Source: Vicugna vicugna
Lineage: Eukaryota
Direction: 5' to 3'
DNA: 64,000 nucleotides
NCBI GenBank assembly: GCA_013265495.1
Contig: MU058221.1
Span: forward strand, 3,100,001-3,164,000
The notes below the pieces were generated by a model. It saw only the letters and a program-made list of their open reading frames with translations, did no database searches and was not told where the DNA came from. Positions 61,801-64,000 of the stretch are shown piece by piece (position 1 is the first letter of the stretch; each line of letters begins with the position of its first letter). A program made the position numbers and the translations under genes.

Positions 61801-63087
61801 TGCACATAAGAAAGAAAGCCAAGCAGGGAAGGGGTAACTGGAATTCAAAAGGAGGGGATCAGGGTAGGAAGTATGGGTGGCAGCAAGAAGCAGGTTCATC
61901 CATGTCATTTATCTCAGGTATGTTTATATGTGTTGAGTGAATCCTGTGTTGAATAAAAACTATTTATATTTACTGAAATTGAATTAAGAAAAGTACAAGT
62001 TTCATTTGGTAATGACGATGATGATGTCAATAACTAAACTTTCCTGAGAACTAATTATGTGACAAATGCTGCTAAATTACATGAATTATTTTATATGATA
62101 TTCACACAAAAAAATCTGTGAGACACTTAATGCTACCTCATCGGCTTTAAAGATCAGGAAAATATGGTTAAGAGAGGTGTAATAATTCATCCAATTCCAG
62201 CCATTATCAGAGCTGAAATTTAATGTGCTTTTCATCTCAAATCCGTGCTATTAATCATTACTGTGTATCCAGTGTCTTTCTTGTCTTTTTTTTTAGAATA
62301 CATTCAGAGCTCATGTTTATTCATTTTTCTATTTATACTTTAAAAATTAACAAAAAAAGTTTCTGGGTGGTTCATGGATTTTAAGTGACTCCTTTTTATT
62401 CTGAAAATACTAGATGGATTGTCTAGAAAATTTAGGAAAAATGCAAAGAAAAATATGTAGGATCCTTTAGACTTCAAGTCATTTTGCATATTTTCTTTGA
62501 TGATTAGCTTTTTCACCTACTGCCTATATCATGAGCATTTCCCCATATCTTTAATACTTTTCAAGGACATATTTAATGAGAACAGAGCAATTACCCATAT
62601 GAACCTATCATAATTCATTTACTGATCCATTACAGTTGGAAACTGAGATAGGGTTCCATTTTTTTGGTTTACTAAAAGCACAGCATTAATCATGGTTTTC
62701 ACCGACAGTGAACTCGTTTTCTTAAGATAACACCGAAACATGAAATGGCCACTTGAAAAGAATAGATAATTAGAGGTATCCGGTTTAGCTGTATCACCAC
62801 CCCACCCCAGAAAATCTGAATCATCTTGCATTCCACAGGGAGCAGGTCAGCATGTTCATGTCCCAGCACACCAGTCGATACTGAGGATACAAGGACATAC
62901 ACAGCACAAGCTGTCATATGTGTACTAGTTTTCCAGTTTGTTTTACTACAAACAGCTTGATTGTGCAAACACGTTGTATTTATGGAGCACATATGATAGG
63001 TCGGGAATTTTTTAAGTGCTTTAGATACATGAATTTATTTTAATTCTAGAAACAAATTGTACAGATAATAAATATTTTTTAGACCTT

Positions 63088-63165
63088 TGTGGTAGGATGA
63101 ATAACAGCCTTCCATTGATGTAGATATTCTCACCCCTGGAGCTTGTAAATATGTTACCTTACATG

Positions 63166-63201
<36 letters not shown>

Positions 63202-63510
63202 CTGGGTGGTTTCAATGTAATCTTGAAGGTCCTTATAATAAGATGTAATAAGGGGGCATCAGGGTCAGAGAGAGAGGAGATGAGATGAAGCAAGAAGCAG
63301 AAATTAAAGTAAAATGAACCATGAGCCAAGGGATGCTCACAGTCGCTAGCAGGTGAGAGAAGCAAGGAATTAGACTCTCCCCTGGAGCTTCCAGAAGGAA
63401 CTCAGCGTTTCCAGTCCTTCTTGGACTTTTGACCTTCGTGTATATAATAAATCTGTGCTCAGCCACTAATCTTGTGGCAATTTGTTACAAATACAATAGG
63501 AAACCAGTAT
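63088..63510 (+). mobile_element. MaLR MLT1C-like 5' LTR containing an A30 tract
   Basis: TGTGGTAGGATGAATAA start, ATATGTTACCTTACATGGCAAA, AGCCAAGGGATGC, TCTCCCCTGGAGCTTCCAGAAGGAA, AATTTGTTACA...AATAGGAAAC end. Confidence 0.85.
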
Positions 63511-64000
63511 GGATTTTCATACCTAAAGTGGGGTGCTGCTGTAAACACACATCTAAAAATATGAAAATGGCACTGGCCCATGGGAATGGGTAAAGGCGGA
63601 AAGAATTTTGAGGGCTGTGATTGAAAGTGCTTTGTGTTTGCCTTGAACAGAGTGTTAGCAGAAACACGGATGTTAATGACTCTGCTAGCAGTGATTCAAA
63701 AGACCGAGGAGCAAAGTAGAGGACACCTATATTGTCCTAGAGAATCGGTAACTCATCACAGAGAGACGGTTGGTACAAATATGGGCGTCAAATGCACTGC
63801 TTGTCAGGATTCAGAAGGAATTGAAGACAATGTTATTGAAAAATGGAGGAAAAGAGGTACTTGTTATTTTAAGGCAGAAAGTTACGTTGTGTCCTACAGC
63901 TATGTGAAAAGCACAACTTAACACAGAGGGCTTGGATATTTAGCTGGAGATACAGCCAAGCAACAGACTGAAGTCACGGCCTCCTGTGTCTTACTTCCAG
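63511..64000 (+). mobile_element. MaLR internal region (MLT1-int), running off the window end
   Basis: GATTTTCATACCTAAAGTGGGGTGCTGCTGTAAAC directly follows the LTR; remnant peptide IEKWRKRGTCY resembles the MaLR internal ORF motif NWRKGDPCY as I recall it. Confidence 0.75.

Noticed and set aside
62444..62499. Inverted repeat CAAAGAAAAATATG / CATATTTTCTTTG
   Set aside because: Short, AT-rich and imperfect; compatible with chance.
1..64000. The many 60-150 aa ORFs as genes or exons
   Set aside because: None resembles a host protein I recognise. Many use non-ATG starts or lie in repeats, as expected by chance in 64 kb. Short real exons cannot be excluded without transcript alignment.

Overview
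This is mammalian, not prokaryotic, DNA. It is most likely from a camelid (alpaca/camel), judged from five copies of a tRNA-derived SINE that I recall as the camelid Vic-1 type and from the style of the L1 3' ends; no database search was run. I found no host protein-coding exon, RNA gene, operon or CRISPR array, so the window looks intergenic or deep intronic and is repeat-rich. The best-supported features are: (1) a young 5'-truncated LINE-1 (1921-3061) with an uninterrupted ORF2 C-terminal frame and a perfect 17-bp target-site duplication (TSD); (2) two solo LTRs of one ERV1-like family in back-to-back orientation (416-1061 and 6648-7390), each with its own 4-bp TSD, the second carrying an 81-bp internal tandem duplication; (3) a nearly full-length decayed Tigger1 DNA transposon (about 46018-48386); (4) five SINEs with TSDs; and (5) many old L1, L2, MIR, MaLR/ERVL and hAT relics plus microsatellites. 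Several unique-looking, homeobox-motif-rich blocks may be conserved enhancers. I did not find a new multi-gene biological system. The findings are local structural and evolutionary oddities. Repeat subfamily names come from recalled consensus sequences, and boundaries of old elements are approximate.
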